Shown here piece by piece: positions 9,450-20,300 of a stretch of 64,000 nucleotides of DNA (positions are counted from its first letter, which is position 1; each line of letters starts with the position of its first letter). The notes under the pieces were generated by a model, which did not search any database, was not told the origin of the DNA, and saw nothing but the letters and a program-made list of their open reading frames with translations. The position numbers and the translations under genes are program-made. The stretch spans positions 992,001-1,056,000 of the forward strand of contig CP147779.1 in NCBI GenBank assembly GCA_037308085.1, written 5' to 3'. The DNA is from Promethearchaeati archaeon SRVP18_Atabeyarchaeia-1 (GTDB lineage Archaea > Asgardarchaeota > Atabeyarchaeia > Atabeyarchaeales > Atabeyarchaeaceae).

Positions 9450-10433
9450 CTATCGTGGGGGTTGCGTTTTTCCCTCGGTGAGCTGCTCCTTCATCCAAGT
9501 TATGTAGTGCTGGATCCCTCTTCTCGTATCGACTTTGGGTTGCCATCCGGTACGCATTATTCTTGTCGTGTCCAAGAGCATGTCGGTGACATCGCCGAGC
9601 CAGCCAGCTTTTCCGCCCGTATAGGATAGCTCAACACCAGAGATACCGAGTTGTTCAATTACTATATCTGCAATCTCGTTAACTTCGATTTGTTCATTTG
9701 ATCCAATGTTGAAAGCCTCGAACCCCTTTCCATTATGTCTTTCGGCGGCATGCATTGATGCATCAATGCAATCACTTATGTAGAGATATGATTTCTTTTG
9801 TTTGCCGTCACCCAGTATCTCAAGTCTCCTAGGATCTCTCTTCAGTTTCATGAAGAAATCGTAGACGACTCCGTGGTTGGACCTGTCACCGAATATGTTG
9901 GCGTACCGGAGTGACACGCATTTAATCCCGTAGCAGGATGAGTAAGCCATCATATACGTCTCGCAGGCGCTCTTTGATGCGCCGTAGTTACTTATTGGTG
10001 CGATAGGACAGCTTTCCGGCGTAGGCATGACGCTGGCTTGTCCGTAGACTGTGCTTGTCGAGGCAAAAATGAATAATGGTGCTCCTCCTTTTCTGACGCC
10101 CTCCAAGACATTCAAGGTTCCTTTGACGTTGGTTTCGAAATCTTCGAGCGGTTGCGTTAGACTTAGCCTCACGTCAGGTTGCGCGGCGAAATGAAAGACC
10201 GCATCCTTTTCGGAACACAGCTTCGCCACGGTTTTGACGTCTTTCACATCCCCCTTGACAAATCTCAGCCTTTTCCTCTCAATGTGCTGCTTAACGTACT
10301 CCAGGGTCGATGATGACAGGTTATCCAGAATAGTGACTTCATTTTCCTTGCCAATTAGAGCATCAACCAAGTGGCTTCCAATGAAACCGCATCCCCCGGT
10401 AACGAGAACCCTCTTTCCTTCAACCTTCTCCAT
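9450..10433 (-). CDS. NAD-dependent epimerase/dehydratase (UDP-glucose 4-epimerase-like)
   Basis: GGCGFIG, YGASK, 'RYANIFG' extended SDR motifs. Confidence 0.9.
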   Translation of the reverse strand: MEKVEGKRVLVTGGCGFIGSHLVDALIGKENEVTILDNLSSSTLEYVKQHIERKRLRFVKGDVKDVKTVAKLCSEKDAVFHFAAQPDVRLSLTQPLEDFETNVKGTLNVLEGVRKGGAPLFIFASTSTVYGQASVMPTPESCPIAPISNYGASKSACETYMMAYSSCYGIKCVSLRYANIFGDRSNHGVVYDFFMKLKRDPRRLEILGDGKQKKSYLYISDCIDASMHAAERHNGKGFEAFNIGSNEQIEVNEIADIVIEQLGISGVELSYTGGKAGWLGDVTDMLLDTTRIMRTGWQPKVDTRRGIQHYITWMKEQLTEGKTQPPR

Positions 10434-10513
10434 TCTTCCTGCACCAACATCAATCTCTTCTCAGTTTGAGAATTGATGAATCAGGCTATAAACGCTACTG
10501 CTTCAGAATCCGC

Positions 10514-11455
10514 TTACGAATCAAGAGCCATTCTTCTGGAATTCACGAAGTGCCAGAACTCCTCGGTGAGATCGCGGGGAGCCCCACTCTTTGAAGCATC
10601 GACCCTTCTCCGCGCTAGGAACAGTCTTCTGCTTGCGTCCAAGTCGCTAAAGTGAATGGCTTTTACCAGATTATTCTTTGTTGCTTTCGTCGCCGCGATC
10701 GAAGACACTATGCTGATGCCGATCCCCTGTTGCACAGCGCTCGTTATGGCTTCAGTGCTACCAAGTTGCACAACTGTGTTCAGCTGACTCCAACTGAGGC
10801 CAGCTCTGCTCAGCATATTTTCAATTTCTCTGCGCGTGCCTGAGCCTGCCTCCCTGGAGACGAACGGATGCTTCAATACTTCCCTTATACTGATTCTGTT
10901 CCTCGATGCGAGGGCGCTGTCAATTGGGACTATGAGAACAAGCTCCTCTGTTGCGATCTCGGCTATTTCGTATGGCCGTAGATCGTCAACTAGTGTTCCC
11001 ACAGCCGCGAAATCTGCCTCGTTGTCCTTCAATTGGCTCCAAGCTTCGCGACTATCGACGACTTTTACCTCAAAGTTGACACTCGGGCGAATCGCTCTGA
11101 ACTGCTTTATCATAGCTGGAAGCAGGTACTCGCCAGGAATCGTGCTTGCAGCGATCTCTATGGTGTTATCGGCAAAGCCCTTTGCGGTCTCTACTTCTTG
11201 GCGAAGCCTACTCTCAACGGCGAGTATCTCGTATGCCCTTCTCAGAACAAGCTCGCCAGTCGATGTAAGTCTTACACTCTCGGTTCCCCTCTCCAGAAGC
11301 CTTCCTCGGTAGATCCTCTCTAAGGTGGCCACATGCTGACTTATGGCACCTTGAGACAAGCCTACCTTCTTGGCGGCCTTTGAGAAACTCTTTTCCTCGC
11401 AGACGGCAATGAACGAATTATAGAACTCAAGTCTCAAGGACAAGCTATCAGACAT
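10514..11455 (-). CDS. LysR family regulator (selenium-metabolism-associated type)
   Basis: 'SFSKAA..GLSQ.AISQH..LE' HTH; 'ASTIPGEYLLP', 'RE.GSGTR', 'GSTEAI..AV..G.GIS'. Confidence 0.88.
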   Translation of the reverse strand: MSDSLSLRLEFYNSFIAVCEEKSFSKAAKKVGLSQGAISQHVATLERIYRGRLLERGTESVRLTSTGELVLRRAYEILAVESRLRQEVETAKGFADNTIEIAASTIPGEYLLPAMIKQFRAIRPSVNFEVKVVDSREAWSQLKDNEADFAAVGTLVDDLRPYEIAEIATEELVLIVPIDSALASRNRISIREVLKHPFVSREAGSGTRREIENMLSRAGLSWSQLNTVVQLGSTEAITSAVQQGIGISIVSSIAATKATKNNLVKAIHFSDLDASRRLFLARRRVDASKSGAPRDLTEEFWHFVNSRRMALDS

Positions 11456-11514
11456 GCCGGATCAACCTGCGAAATGACAATTTCCCAGAATCGGTCTCTT
11501 CAGTCGTGACTAGC

Positions 11515-11784
11515 CTAGCAGGGCAGATCCGCTTCATCGGCGCTCCGTATTCCCTGACCGGATTTCCTTCTGATGACTATCCTGTAAGTCCCTTTTTCCT
11601 CCTCAACCTTCAGAGTCTCATTTCCGGTTCTCTCGGCAAGTTGCCGTATGTTATCTTTCGACTGTGGAAAGTCACTAAGGACCTCAAGGACTTCGCCTTC
11701 GCTCATCGATTCTAGCTTTCTCTTCGTCAATAGCAGAGGGATTGGACAGATCTTACCTCTGACGTCAAGCGTTTCCCTTTTCAT
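11515..11784 (-). CDS. TusA/SirA family sulfur carrier
   Basis: 'LDVRG.ICPIP' CPxP motif. Confidence 0.88.
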   Translation of the reverse strand: MKRETLDVRGKICPIPLLLTKRKLESMSEGEVLEVLSDFPQSKDNIRQLAERTGNETLKVEEEKGTYRIVIRRKSGQGIRSADEADLPC

Positions 11785-11894
11785 CGATGATGCCCCTAGG
11801 TAGCCCTATTAGCTTACTTCATTAACGCAGCACAAAACCTAATAGAACAAGATTGGCAACTTGGCAATAAATATCTTTGTCTCCATGTCAAAAC

Positions 11895-11916
11895 AGAGAC
11901 AGCGAAAACTGTCTCT
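11895..11916 (-). terminator. Hairpin terminator candidate downstream of the HIT gene
   Basis: Perfect 8-bp inverted repeat agagacag/ctgtctct, followed by GTTTT on the minus strand. Confidence 0.5.
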
Positions 11917-11922
11917 CCTTTT

Positions 11923-12450
11923 TCAACCCTGGTCTTTCTCGAGTAATCCTACGTTATCGAGGAGCCTTTTCAGAGTTTCATCAAGCGCCTCATGAATTAC
12001 TCTTGTCCCTGCTAGCACCTCCATGAAGCCGGTTTCACTTGAGTATCGAGGTACCATGTGCGCATGCAGGTGCGAGACGCTGGCGCCAGCGGCGCGGCCT
12101 TGGTTTATTCCCATGTTAATTCCCTCAGGGGCGTACGTCTTCTCAATTAGAATAGAACTTCTCTTGATTAGCTTGAAAAACGAGGCGAGAGCCGTATCAC
12201 CAAGCTCTGAGAGCTTCTCAACGTGGTTCTTCGGAAAGATGAGCAGATGACCAGGGTTGTACGGGAACCTATTCAGAACAACCATGTTCTCCTTATCATC
12301 GAATACCACTCTAGTTTCGACTTGCTTGTCTCTTCTCGCCATAGCGCACAGCAGACAGTCAACCTTCGGTCTATCAAGTCCTCTGGAATACCTAGCTTTC
12401 TCAGGGACAGATATGTACGATCGAAACCGATTCTCACCCATGAACCTCAC
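11923..12450 (-). CDS. HIT family hydrolase (Fhit/Ap4A hydrolase-like)
   Basis: CxxC, 'LNRFPYNPGH', 'NQG.AAGAS..HLHAH.VPR'. Confidence 0.9.
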   Translation of the reverse strand: MRFMGENRFRSYISVPEKARYSRGLDRPKVDCLLCAMARRDKQVETRVVFDDKENMVVLNRFPYNPGHLLIFPKNHVEKLSELGDTALASFFKLIKRSSILIEKTYAPEGINMGINQGRAAGASVSHLHAHMVPRYSSETGFMEVLAGTRVIHEALDETLKRLLDNVGLLEKDQG

Positions 12451-12538
12451 CAGCTATCAACGGAATAATGAAATATGAATCTCGAATAATAAGTTAACTA
12501 CTGACCCATCATGCTGTCACTTAAGAACGGGTGCCGAC

Positions 12539-12574
12539 GAAAAAGAAGAAAAACTCTCCTCCAAAAAAGGAGGA
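12539..12574 (-). terminator. Terminator of the thermosome operon
   Basis: tcctcc/ggagga hairpin followed by a long T-rich run on the minus strand. Confidence 0.55.
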
Positions 12575-12618
12575 AGGTTTAGGGGTTATCTACTCTAAGC
12601 TGATTTCGGGCGTGTATC

Positions 12619-14286
12619 TCAGAATTCTCCGCCGCCCATTCCACCCATTCCTGGAGGCATTCCTCCGCCAGGACCACCAGGACCGCCGGGCATTCCGCCA
12701 GCCGTTGCCTTTGAAGCTATGACGTCGTCGATTTTGAGGATCATCTCTGCTACTTCTGACGCCGATTTTATCGCTTGCTCTGTGACTCTGAGTGGTTCTA
12801 TGACATTCTCCTTGAGCATATCAGCTGTTTTTCCTGTGAAGACGTTGACGCCGAACCATTTGTTTACGGGTTTCTCGTGCTTTGCTCTGAGATCCACTAG
12901 TATGTCGAGCTGGTCATAGCCACCGTTCTCCGCCAGTGTTTTGGGTATGACCTCCATGGCATCTGCGAAGGCTTCTATTGCAAGCTGCTCTTTTCCTCCA
13001 GCTTCGGCAAACCCCCTCAAGTGTTTGGATATCTCCATCTGAGGCGCTCCGCCGCCTGCTAGTATCTTTCCGTCTTCGATGGCGTCTCTTGTAACGCACA
13101 GAGCGTCATGCATTGAACGTTCTGCTTCGTCAACAACGTGTTCCGTCCCGCCTCTGATGAGGATGGTGACTGCCCGAGGTTCCTTGCACTCCCTGACATA
13201 CGTGAGTTTGTCCTCACCAATTCTGACTTCCTCGACTAGACCCGCTTCTCCAAGCTGGTCTGCGGACAAGTCGTCAAGGTTTGTGACTATTTTTCCGCCA
13301 GTCGCCTTGGCAAGCTTCTCCATGTCAGATTTCTTGGCTCTGCGGATGGCCATAATCTCTGCCTTTGCTAGGTAGTGCTGTGCTAGGTCGTCGATTCCTT
13401 TCTGGCAGATGACTACATTAGCCTCGGTTGCTGCAACCTTGTCGACCATTTCCTTGAGCATCTTTTCCTCTTCATCTAGGAAGGCTTTCATCTGGGACGG
13501 ATCAGTTATTCTGATCTCGGCATCCATCTCTGTTTTCTCGATTTCTAAGGGTGCATCGAGTAGCGCTATTCTTGCATTCTTGATTCTCTTTGGCATTCTC
13601 GCATGGACGACTTCCTTGTCGATAATCATGCCATTTACGAGCTCTGTCTCAAACAGGCTCTTGCCCTGCTTCTTGATTACGTTGATCAGTTCGATGTCGG
13701 CTCTGATCTTGTCTCCACGTTTCTCTGCGATTGCTGAAACAGCATCGACTGCTATTTGTCCGAAGTGTTCCCTTGCACCAGTCACTCCCTTCGTGTTTAG
13801 GGATGTCATGGCTACCTTCTTAAGAGCGTCTTTGTCTTCAGGTTCAATTGGTATAGCGATGCTTTCAATGTACTTGCATGATTCGTCAGCGGCTTTCTTA
13901 TAACCTGAAACTATTGTTATCGGGTGGATGTCCTTATCAAGCAGCTCTTCCGCTTTTCTTAGCAGTTCACCCGCGATAATCACTGCTGTAGTGGTCCCGT
14001 CACCAACTTCATCATCTTGGGTTTTTGCAACCTCAACGATCATCTTTGCCGCTGGATGTTGCACATCTATTTCCTTAAGTATTGTTGCTCCGTCGTTCGT
14101 TAGTGTCACATCTCCAAGGCTGTCGACAAGCATCTTGTCCATTCCACGCGGACCAAGTGAAGTTTTTATTGCCTCTGCTATGACTTTTGCAGCTAGGATG
14201 TTTGAAGACTGGGCATCCCTGCCACGGTTTCTGCTTGTTCCCTCCTTTAGGATCAAGACAGGAGTTCCACCAAGTTGTGCAGACAT
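12619..14286 (-). CDS. ths: Thermosome (group II chaperonin) subunit, GGM-tailed
   Basis: [23 protein letters not shown]; GGM-rich tail. Confidence 0.97.
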   Translation of the reverse strand: MSAQLGGTPVLILKEGTSRNRGRDAQSSNILAAKVIAEAIKTSLGPRGMDKMLVDSLGDVTLTNDGATILKEIDVQHPAAKMIVEVAKTQDDEVGDGTTTAVIIAGELLRKAEELLDKDIHPITIVSGYKKAADESCKYIESIAIPIEPEDKDALKKVAMTSLNTKGVTGAREHFGQIAVDAVSAIAEKRGDKIRADIELINVIKKQGKSLFETELVNGMIIDKEVVHARMPKRIKNARIALLDAPLEIEKTEMDAEIRITDPSQMKAFLDEEEKMLKEMVDKVAATEANVVICQKGIDDLAQHYLAKAEIMAIRRAKKSDMEKLAKATGGKIVTNLDDLSADQLGEAGLVEEVRIGEDKLTYVRECKEPRAVTILIRGGTEHVVDEAERSMHDALCVTRDAIEDGKILAGGGAPQMEISKHLRGFAEAGGKEQLAIEAFADAMEVIPKTLAENGGYDQLDILVDLRAKHEKPVNKWFGVNVFTGKTADMLKENVIEPLRVTEQAIKSASEVAEMILKIDDVIASKATAGGMPGGPGGPGGGMPPGMGGMGGGEF

Positions 14287-14319
14287 TCTATATCACACTC
14301 CTAATTCCCTAGTATTGAT

Positions 14320-15969
14320 CTAGTCTTCTTCTCCTCCGGCTCCGCCCGCTGGGGGTTTCCCTGCCCCGCCAGGACCTCTGGTCTTGCCTGACGCTATTAC
14401 ATCGTCTATTCTGAGTATCATCTCTGCAGCTTCAGTTGCTGACTTTAGAGACTGCAATTTGACTCTCAGCGGTTCCAGTACGTTTAGCTCTTCCATGTCA
14501 GCTATCTTGTCTTGTTCTCCCAAGACGTTGACGCCAGCCCATTTTTCGCCCTTGTCGTGTCGTTTCCTGAGCTCACCCATGACTTCTAGCACGTCAAATC
14601 CGGCATTCTCAGCGAGGGTCCTCGGGATTACCTCGGTAGCATTTGCGAAAGCTCTTACGGCCAGTTGTTCTCTCCCTGTAAGCGTGTCGGCGTATTGTCT
14701 GAGTTGCCTTGAAACCTCTATCTCAGGCGCTCCTCCGCCTGGGACCATCTTCCCATCTTCAATGGCGTCTCTCACAACACAGACGGAGTCGTGGAAAGCT
14801 CTTTCAGCTTCGGCAACGATTCTCTCCGTGCCACCTCGAATCAACACGTTTACAGCCTTCGGGGACTTACACCCCTCTATGAAAGTCATCTTGTCGTCTC
14901 CGACCTTACGCTCTTCAACACTCTCAGCGTAGCCCAGATCTTCACTCGTCAAGTCCTCCATTGTGTTAGCGGTCTTTGCCCCTGTTGCCTTAGCGAGTTT
15001 CTCCATGTCAGACTCCTTGATCCTGCGGATCGCGACGATGCCTTCCTTAGCAAGATAGTGCTGCGCTACATCGTCTATTCCTTTCTGGCAGAGAACGACG
15101 TTTGCTCCGACTTCCTTGATCTTGTCGACCATACCTCTCAGTATGTTCGTTTCCTCATCTAGGAATGAGCGCATCTTTGTCGGATCTGTGATGTTTATCT
15201 TTGCTGTAACCTCTGTCTTCTCAACCTCGAGCGGGCAGGTGAGTAGCGCTATTTTGGCGTCCTTGACGAGCTTTGGCATTCCCGGGTGAACAACTTCCTT
15301 GTCCAGTATGATTCCGTTGATTAGTGTAGTCTCTCCGGTCGATCCGCCCTGCTTCTTGTCGACTTTGACGAAGTTTATATCCGCCTTCAGTGTCCCATCG
15401 ACTTTCTCAGTTATCTGCTTCAAGGCTTTTACAGCCAAGTCCGCTAGGAATTCAGCAGATCCTGAGACGACTTTGCTTCTCATCGAGGTTACTGCTATCT
15501 TCTTCAGCCCGTCGACGTCCTCGAAGTCCACTGGCAAAGCGATTTTATCAAGAATCTCGAGGGACTTTGTCAAGCCCTTCCTGTAGCCGTCTAGGACCAC
15601 GGTTGGGTGTATCCCCATGTTCATGAGTTCTTCAGCTTCCCTAAGCAGCGCGGCAGACAATACCACCGCCGATGTGGTTCCATCTCCAACCTCATTGTCG
15701 ACTGATTTGGCAACTTGAACCATCATCTTTGCTGCAGGGTGCTGAACGTCCATCTCTTTCAGTATCGTTGCCCCATCGTTTGTCACTGTTACGTCGCCCA
15801 TTGTATCTACAAGCATCTTGTCCATGCCTTTTGGACCAAGAGATGTCTTAATCATCTCTCCGATGACGCGGGCAGCCATTATGTTGGATCGCTGTGCGTC
15901 TCTTCCCATGCTCCTGTTCGAACCCTCCTTGAGTATGAGAACAGGAGTTCCTTCTCTTGTCTGACTCAT
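14320..15969 (-). CDS. ths: Thermosome (group II chaperonin) subunit
   Basis: [23 protein letters not shown]. Confidence 0.97.
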   Translation of the reverse strand: MSQTREGTPVLILKEGSNRSMGRDAQRSNIMAARVIGEMIKTSLGPKGMDKMLVDTMGDVTVTNDGATILKEMDVQHPAAKMMVQVAKSVDNEVGDGTTSAVVLSAALLREAEELMNMGIHPTVVLDGYRKGLTKSLEILDKIALPVDFEDVDGLKKIAVTSMRSKVVSGSAEFLADLAVKALKQITEKVDGTLKADINFVKVDKKQGGSTGETTLINGIILDKEVVHPGMPKLVKDAKIALLTCPLEVEKTEVTAKINITDPTKMRSFLDEETNILRGMVDKIKEVGANVVLCQKGIDDVAQHYLAKEGIVAIRRIKESDMEKLAKATGAKTANTMEDLTSEDLGYAESVEERKVGDDKMTFIEGCKSPKAVNVLIRGGTERIVAEAERAFHDSVCVVRDAIEDGKMVPGGGAPEIEVSRQLRQYADTLTGREQLAVRAFANATEVIPRTLAENAGFDVLEVMGELRKRHDKGEKWAGVNVLGEQDKIADMEELNVLEPLRVKLQSLKSATEAAEMILRIDDVIASGKTRGPGGAGKPPAGGAGGEED

Positions 15970-16183
15970 ATGATTCTTTACACCTCTGTATTCACTTATT
16001 CAAACTTAGAACTGAATAGGAACCGAAAACTGTACCTTCGTCCTCTTACTCCGTTATGCATCGAGATAGCGACTAAAACTTCTATATAAATCTTGTGTCA
16101 AGACGGCAAAATTATCAAACCCGGAGATCCTCGGAGAAGGAAGTGCAGCTGCCTTGAGCTGCGGAGAGTTACAGCGTCGCTTT

Positions 16184-16744
16184 CTACTTCGCGCTCTGGG
16201 AAGACAGCTCGGTGGCGATTGCCTCTAGGATGCAGCTCGCAGCCAACTCGAACACGGTTCTATTAGACGATATGTAACTTCCAGTGAGCTGTTTGCTCAG
16301 ATATGAATCTTCGTCGCCAGTCTCGGTGGACTTCGTCTTGATAACTAGGAGGGTATCTGCGGCTTCAGCCATCGGAGAGTCCTCCGAGGTTGTGATGGTG
16401 ACTATCCTTGCCCCAGCCTTCTCCTTAGCAATCTTGGCGGCCTCCAATACCAGAGGAGTCTTTCCCGAGCCCGTTATGGCAATAAAGAGATCTCCCTGCT
16501 CGACAGACGAGGTTATCGTCTCGCCTATCACAAAAACATTGTACGACAGTTCAGCCAGTCGCATCGCCAAAGCCCTGGCGACAAGCCCAGAGGGTCCCTC
16601 TCCCATTACGAATACCTTTCTGTTGTTCTTCTTCGCATCTCGGAGGAGGGTTACTATCTTATTGACCCGTTTTCCTTCAAGAGAGTTGATGGCATCCCTG
16701 ATTTCATTAAGTACGCCTTGCGCCAAGGTGAGAGATCCGTTCAA
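16184..16744 (-). CDS. 6-phospho-3-hexuloisomerase-like SIS domain protein (divergent)
   Basis: 'VFVMGEGPSGLVARALAMRL', 'IGET', 'AITGSGKT', 'VFE'; start set at TTG 16744 behind GTGGTG. Confidence 0.75.
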   Translation of the reverse strand: MNGSLTLAQGVLNEIRDAINSLEGKRVNKIVTLLRDAKKNNRKVFVMGEGPSGLVARALAMRLAELSYNVFVIGETITSSVEQGDLFIAITGSGKTPLVLEAAKIAKEKAGARIVTITTSEDSPMAEAADTLLVIKTKSTETGDEDSYLSKQLTGSYISSNRTVFELAASCILEAIATELSSQSAK

Positions 16745-16979
16745 TGCAGGTTGCACCACACAAGCGTGATAATTTAAGCAGAATGACGTATGAACCTTCG
16801 TCGATGCCAGAGATAGGGGCGAGGTTGGTCTCGATCCATCACACCGCAGACCGATAGGGGTTTCAGATGATATAAGTCTGTCGAATTCAGTTCCTGGAAG
16901 TTGTTCTGCCTTCTTAGGAACCTTAATTAGAACGTAATCGCTCAATGCCATGAGAAATGTATGGAGCTGAAATGCAAAA

Positions 16980-17285
16980 ATGCCAGCTGAACCTGCAAGC
17001 GTGTCTGGGTCAAAAATGGTCAAGGTCGACGAAAAGCAGATTGAACTAGAAGTCCTTTCGGCCATCGAAGCCGAGGCCCATAGACCAGGCGCGATCGCAA
17101 ACATCCTGCGAGGTAAATACGATCGGAACACCATTGTGAAAACACTCGTAGCTCTTGAGAAGGATGGAAAAGCCCAGAGGGAAGGAGCGAAGGCCTGGAT
17201 AGCAAAAGGCAAGGCAGCAAGTAAGGCCAAGGACAGTAAGAAGGAGAAAGAGAAGACCAAGAAGGATCAGCAATCTAGTCCCTGA
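16980..17285 (+). CDS. Small winged-helix protein with Lys-rich tail
   Basis: Helix-turn-helix-wing pattern 'LEVLSAI..RPGAIANIL...DRNTIVKTL..LEKDGK..R....W' plus basic tail. Confidence 0.6.
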   Translation: MPAEPASVSGSKMVKVDEKQIELEVLSAIEAEAHRPGAIANILRGKYDRNTIVKTLVALEKDGKAQREGAKAWIAKGKAASKAKDSKKEKEKTKKDQQSSP

Positions 17286-17335
17286 CGGGTGACCCATCTT
17301 TGTCAGCTGCCTGCTTCTTGCAGAGTCCCTCCTTT

Positions 17336-20300
17336 CTACCATAGTCTCCAGGGCTTGCTTTCCACGTAGCAGTTTAGTGGCTTCAGACCAGATTCGGGTA
17401 TCCTTGAACTGCTCTTTCTACTCGATTGAGCGCTTACGGCCTTGGAAAGTTCTCTCACTAGTTGAAGGTTTGTGAAAACTGGTATATTGAATTCCACGGC
17501 TTTTCTTCGCATGACGTATTCGTCATCTAGCATCGATGCGTATTTGTCCATCGTGGTTGCAGATGCTATGTTAATGATGATGTCCAGTTTGTGTCCAGTA
17601 ATGTACTCCACCACGTTTGGTTTTCTCTCTGGCTCGCTAACCTTGTAGAGGGTTGTCACTTTCACTCCGCTGGACCTCAGTGCATCCGCCGTATGTTCAG
17701 TTGCATAGATCTCGTACCCCGCTCCCTCAAAGGCTTTTACAACTGGCAGCATCTCTTCCTTCAGCTTTCGACCTCCAACGCTTACAAAAAGCTTGCCGCC
17801 ATTGGTAGGTATGAACACCTCGGCGGAACAAAGGCTCATCAGGAGAGTCTCATGTAGATCTTCTCCTATGCAAGCCACTTCGCCGGTGCTCATCATTTCC
17901 ACATTGAGAATAGGGTCCGCGCCGTCTAGCCGCATAAAAGAGAACTGAGGAACCTTCACCCCGAAGTGCGGAGGCGGGGCGAACCTCCGTTGTACATCGA
18001 AGTCAGTCAGCTTCTTGCCCAACATGAATGCTGTAGCAAGGAACGCCAAATTAACGCCGGTAACCTTTGAGACGAAGGGAAGACTTCGAGAAGCACGCAG
18101 ATTGCACTCGATGACGTAGACTTGGCTATCCCGAACCAGGTATTGGACGTTGAAGGGACCACATATTCTCAGTGCTCTGGCGATCTTCTCTGTGTAATCT
18201 TCTATTGTGCTGATGATATGATCCTCCAGAGACGTGGGAGGAATGGTCATCGTCGCATCGCCACTATGTACTCCGGCCGATTCGATATGCTCTATCACGG
18301 CACCTATCAGCACTTCTCTGCCGTCGCAAACAGCATCCACTTCGCATTCTTTGGCGTTTTCTACGAACTTGCTAATTACGACAGGGTGGTCTTCGGAGAC
18401 CTCTGTTGCAAGCCTAAGTACTATCTCCAATTCCTCCTCGTCGAGTGCAACACGCATGGCCGCTCCGGACAAAACGTACGACGGTCTAACAAGCACAGGA
18501 TAACCTATCTCTCGGCAGAACTTCTTTGCGTCCTCCATGTCGGTGAGTCTCATCCATCTTGGTTGCGGAATGCCCAATGAGGTGAGAAGCGTGCTGAACT
18601 TCGACCTGTCCTCAGACCTGTCAATGTCATCTGCTTTCGTCCCAAGCAAATGAACCCCTGATAGTGAGAGTTGAAGTGCGATATTGTTGGGAGTCTGGCC
18701 TCCGACGCTGACTATCACGCCTGTCGGTTTCTCCTTGTCACATATGTCGCTGACCCTCTCGTAACTAAGCTCCTCGAAGTAGAGCTTGTCAGCTATATCA
18801 TAATCAGTCGATACGGTTTCAGGGTTACAGTTTATTATCACAACCTGATCTACTCCAAGCTTCTTTAAAGCCCAAACAGTGTTGACACACGAGTTATCGA
18901 ATTCCACTGAAGAGCCTATTCTGTAGGTTCCTGAACCGATCACTATGATCCTTTTCTCGGCAGAGCAAAATCGCAGGTCGTCCTCAATTCCACCATATGT
19001 CAAGAAGAGATAGCTTGTCTGCGCTTCCCACTCTGCTGCGAGAGTATCGATCTGCCTGACTATGGGAACGATTCCAAGAGATTTTCTGGCTTCCCTGACG
19101 TCACGTTCAGTCATGCCCAGACACCGTGCAACCTGGATGTCAGAGAAGCCAAACTCCTTGGCTCTACGCAAGTAATATGGGAATTTGCCGTCTTGGGATA
19201 ACTGTGTTCGGTCTGTTGACCTGAGTTCCCTCTCCAGCTCGACTATTCCGAGAATCTTGTGAAGAAAGAATTCGTCTATTCCCGTCAACTTATGTATCTT
19301 GTCAATTGTGAAACCTTGCTTTAGCGCTTTCACGATCTTAAAGAGTCGCTCATCCGTGGGATTCGCGAGCGAATATTCAAGGTCGGCTGTGTTCTCTCTT
19401 TCCTCCTCATCGCGATTGCACACGAGCCCCAGCTTCCCGATCTCCAACATCCTTACTCCTTTTTGCAGAGCTTCTTCGAAGCATGTTCCTATGCCCATGA
19501 CTTCCCCGACAGACTTCATTTGGGTTCCTATTTGGCGGTTGGCCTTGGGGAACTTCTTCAAGTCCCATCTCGGGATTTTTACGACGATGTAATCCATCGC
19601 AGGTTCAAAACATGCGGTTGTGACTTTGGTTACCTTGTTCATAAGTTCGGTGAGAGAGTACCCTATAGCCAGCTTTGCGGCTATGAAAGCCAGTGGATAT
19701 CCGGTCGCTTTGGATGCCAGTGCTGAAGATCTCGAGAGTCTGGAATTGATTTCTATAACCCTGTATTCATCTGATGTTGGATTAAGGGCGAACTGGACAT
19801 TGCATTCCCCGATTATGTTGAGAGAGCGAACAACTCTGAAGGCAACGTCTCTTAGCAGTTGGTACTCGTGATCGTTCAGAGTCTGTGATGGAGCCACTAC
19901 TATCGAGTCTCCCGTATGTATTCCCATCGGGTCGAAGTTCTCCATGTTACATACTGCAATGCAATTTCCTGCATTGTCCCTGCAGATCTCATACTCTATT
20001 TCCTTCCAGTGCCCGAGGTACTCCTCAACTAGTATCTTGCGAACCATGCTCTGAGCAAGCCCTCGATTCGCTATGTCCGTGAGCTCTTCCTTGTTTTTCG
20101 CTACCCCCGAACCTCTGCCTCCAAGCGCATAGGCAACACGCACCATTACCGGGTAGCCGATTCCCTCTGCTACATCTATTGCTTCTACTACAGAAGTCGC
20201 TATCTTGCTTCTGGGCACGCTGATGTTCTGTTTGATCATCGCTTCGCGAAATCGCTCCCTGTCATCGGCTGTCTCAATAGATTCAATCGAGATTCCGAGA

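Noticed and set aside
11895-11925. HIT gene TGA followed by a hairpin near a selenium-type LysR (possible Sec recoding)
   Set aside because: The stop is at the normal end of the HIT domain and not at a Cys-equivalent position; the hairpin plus T-run fits a terminator.
16745-17260. 170-aa N-terminal extension of the 358-aa ORF, which looks like a membrane-fused PHI
   Set aside because: It is largely the antisense of the 16980-17285 gene plus intergenic DNA; the SIS domain has its own TTG start and SD.
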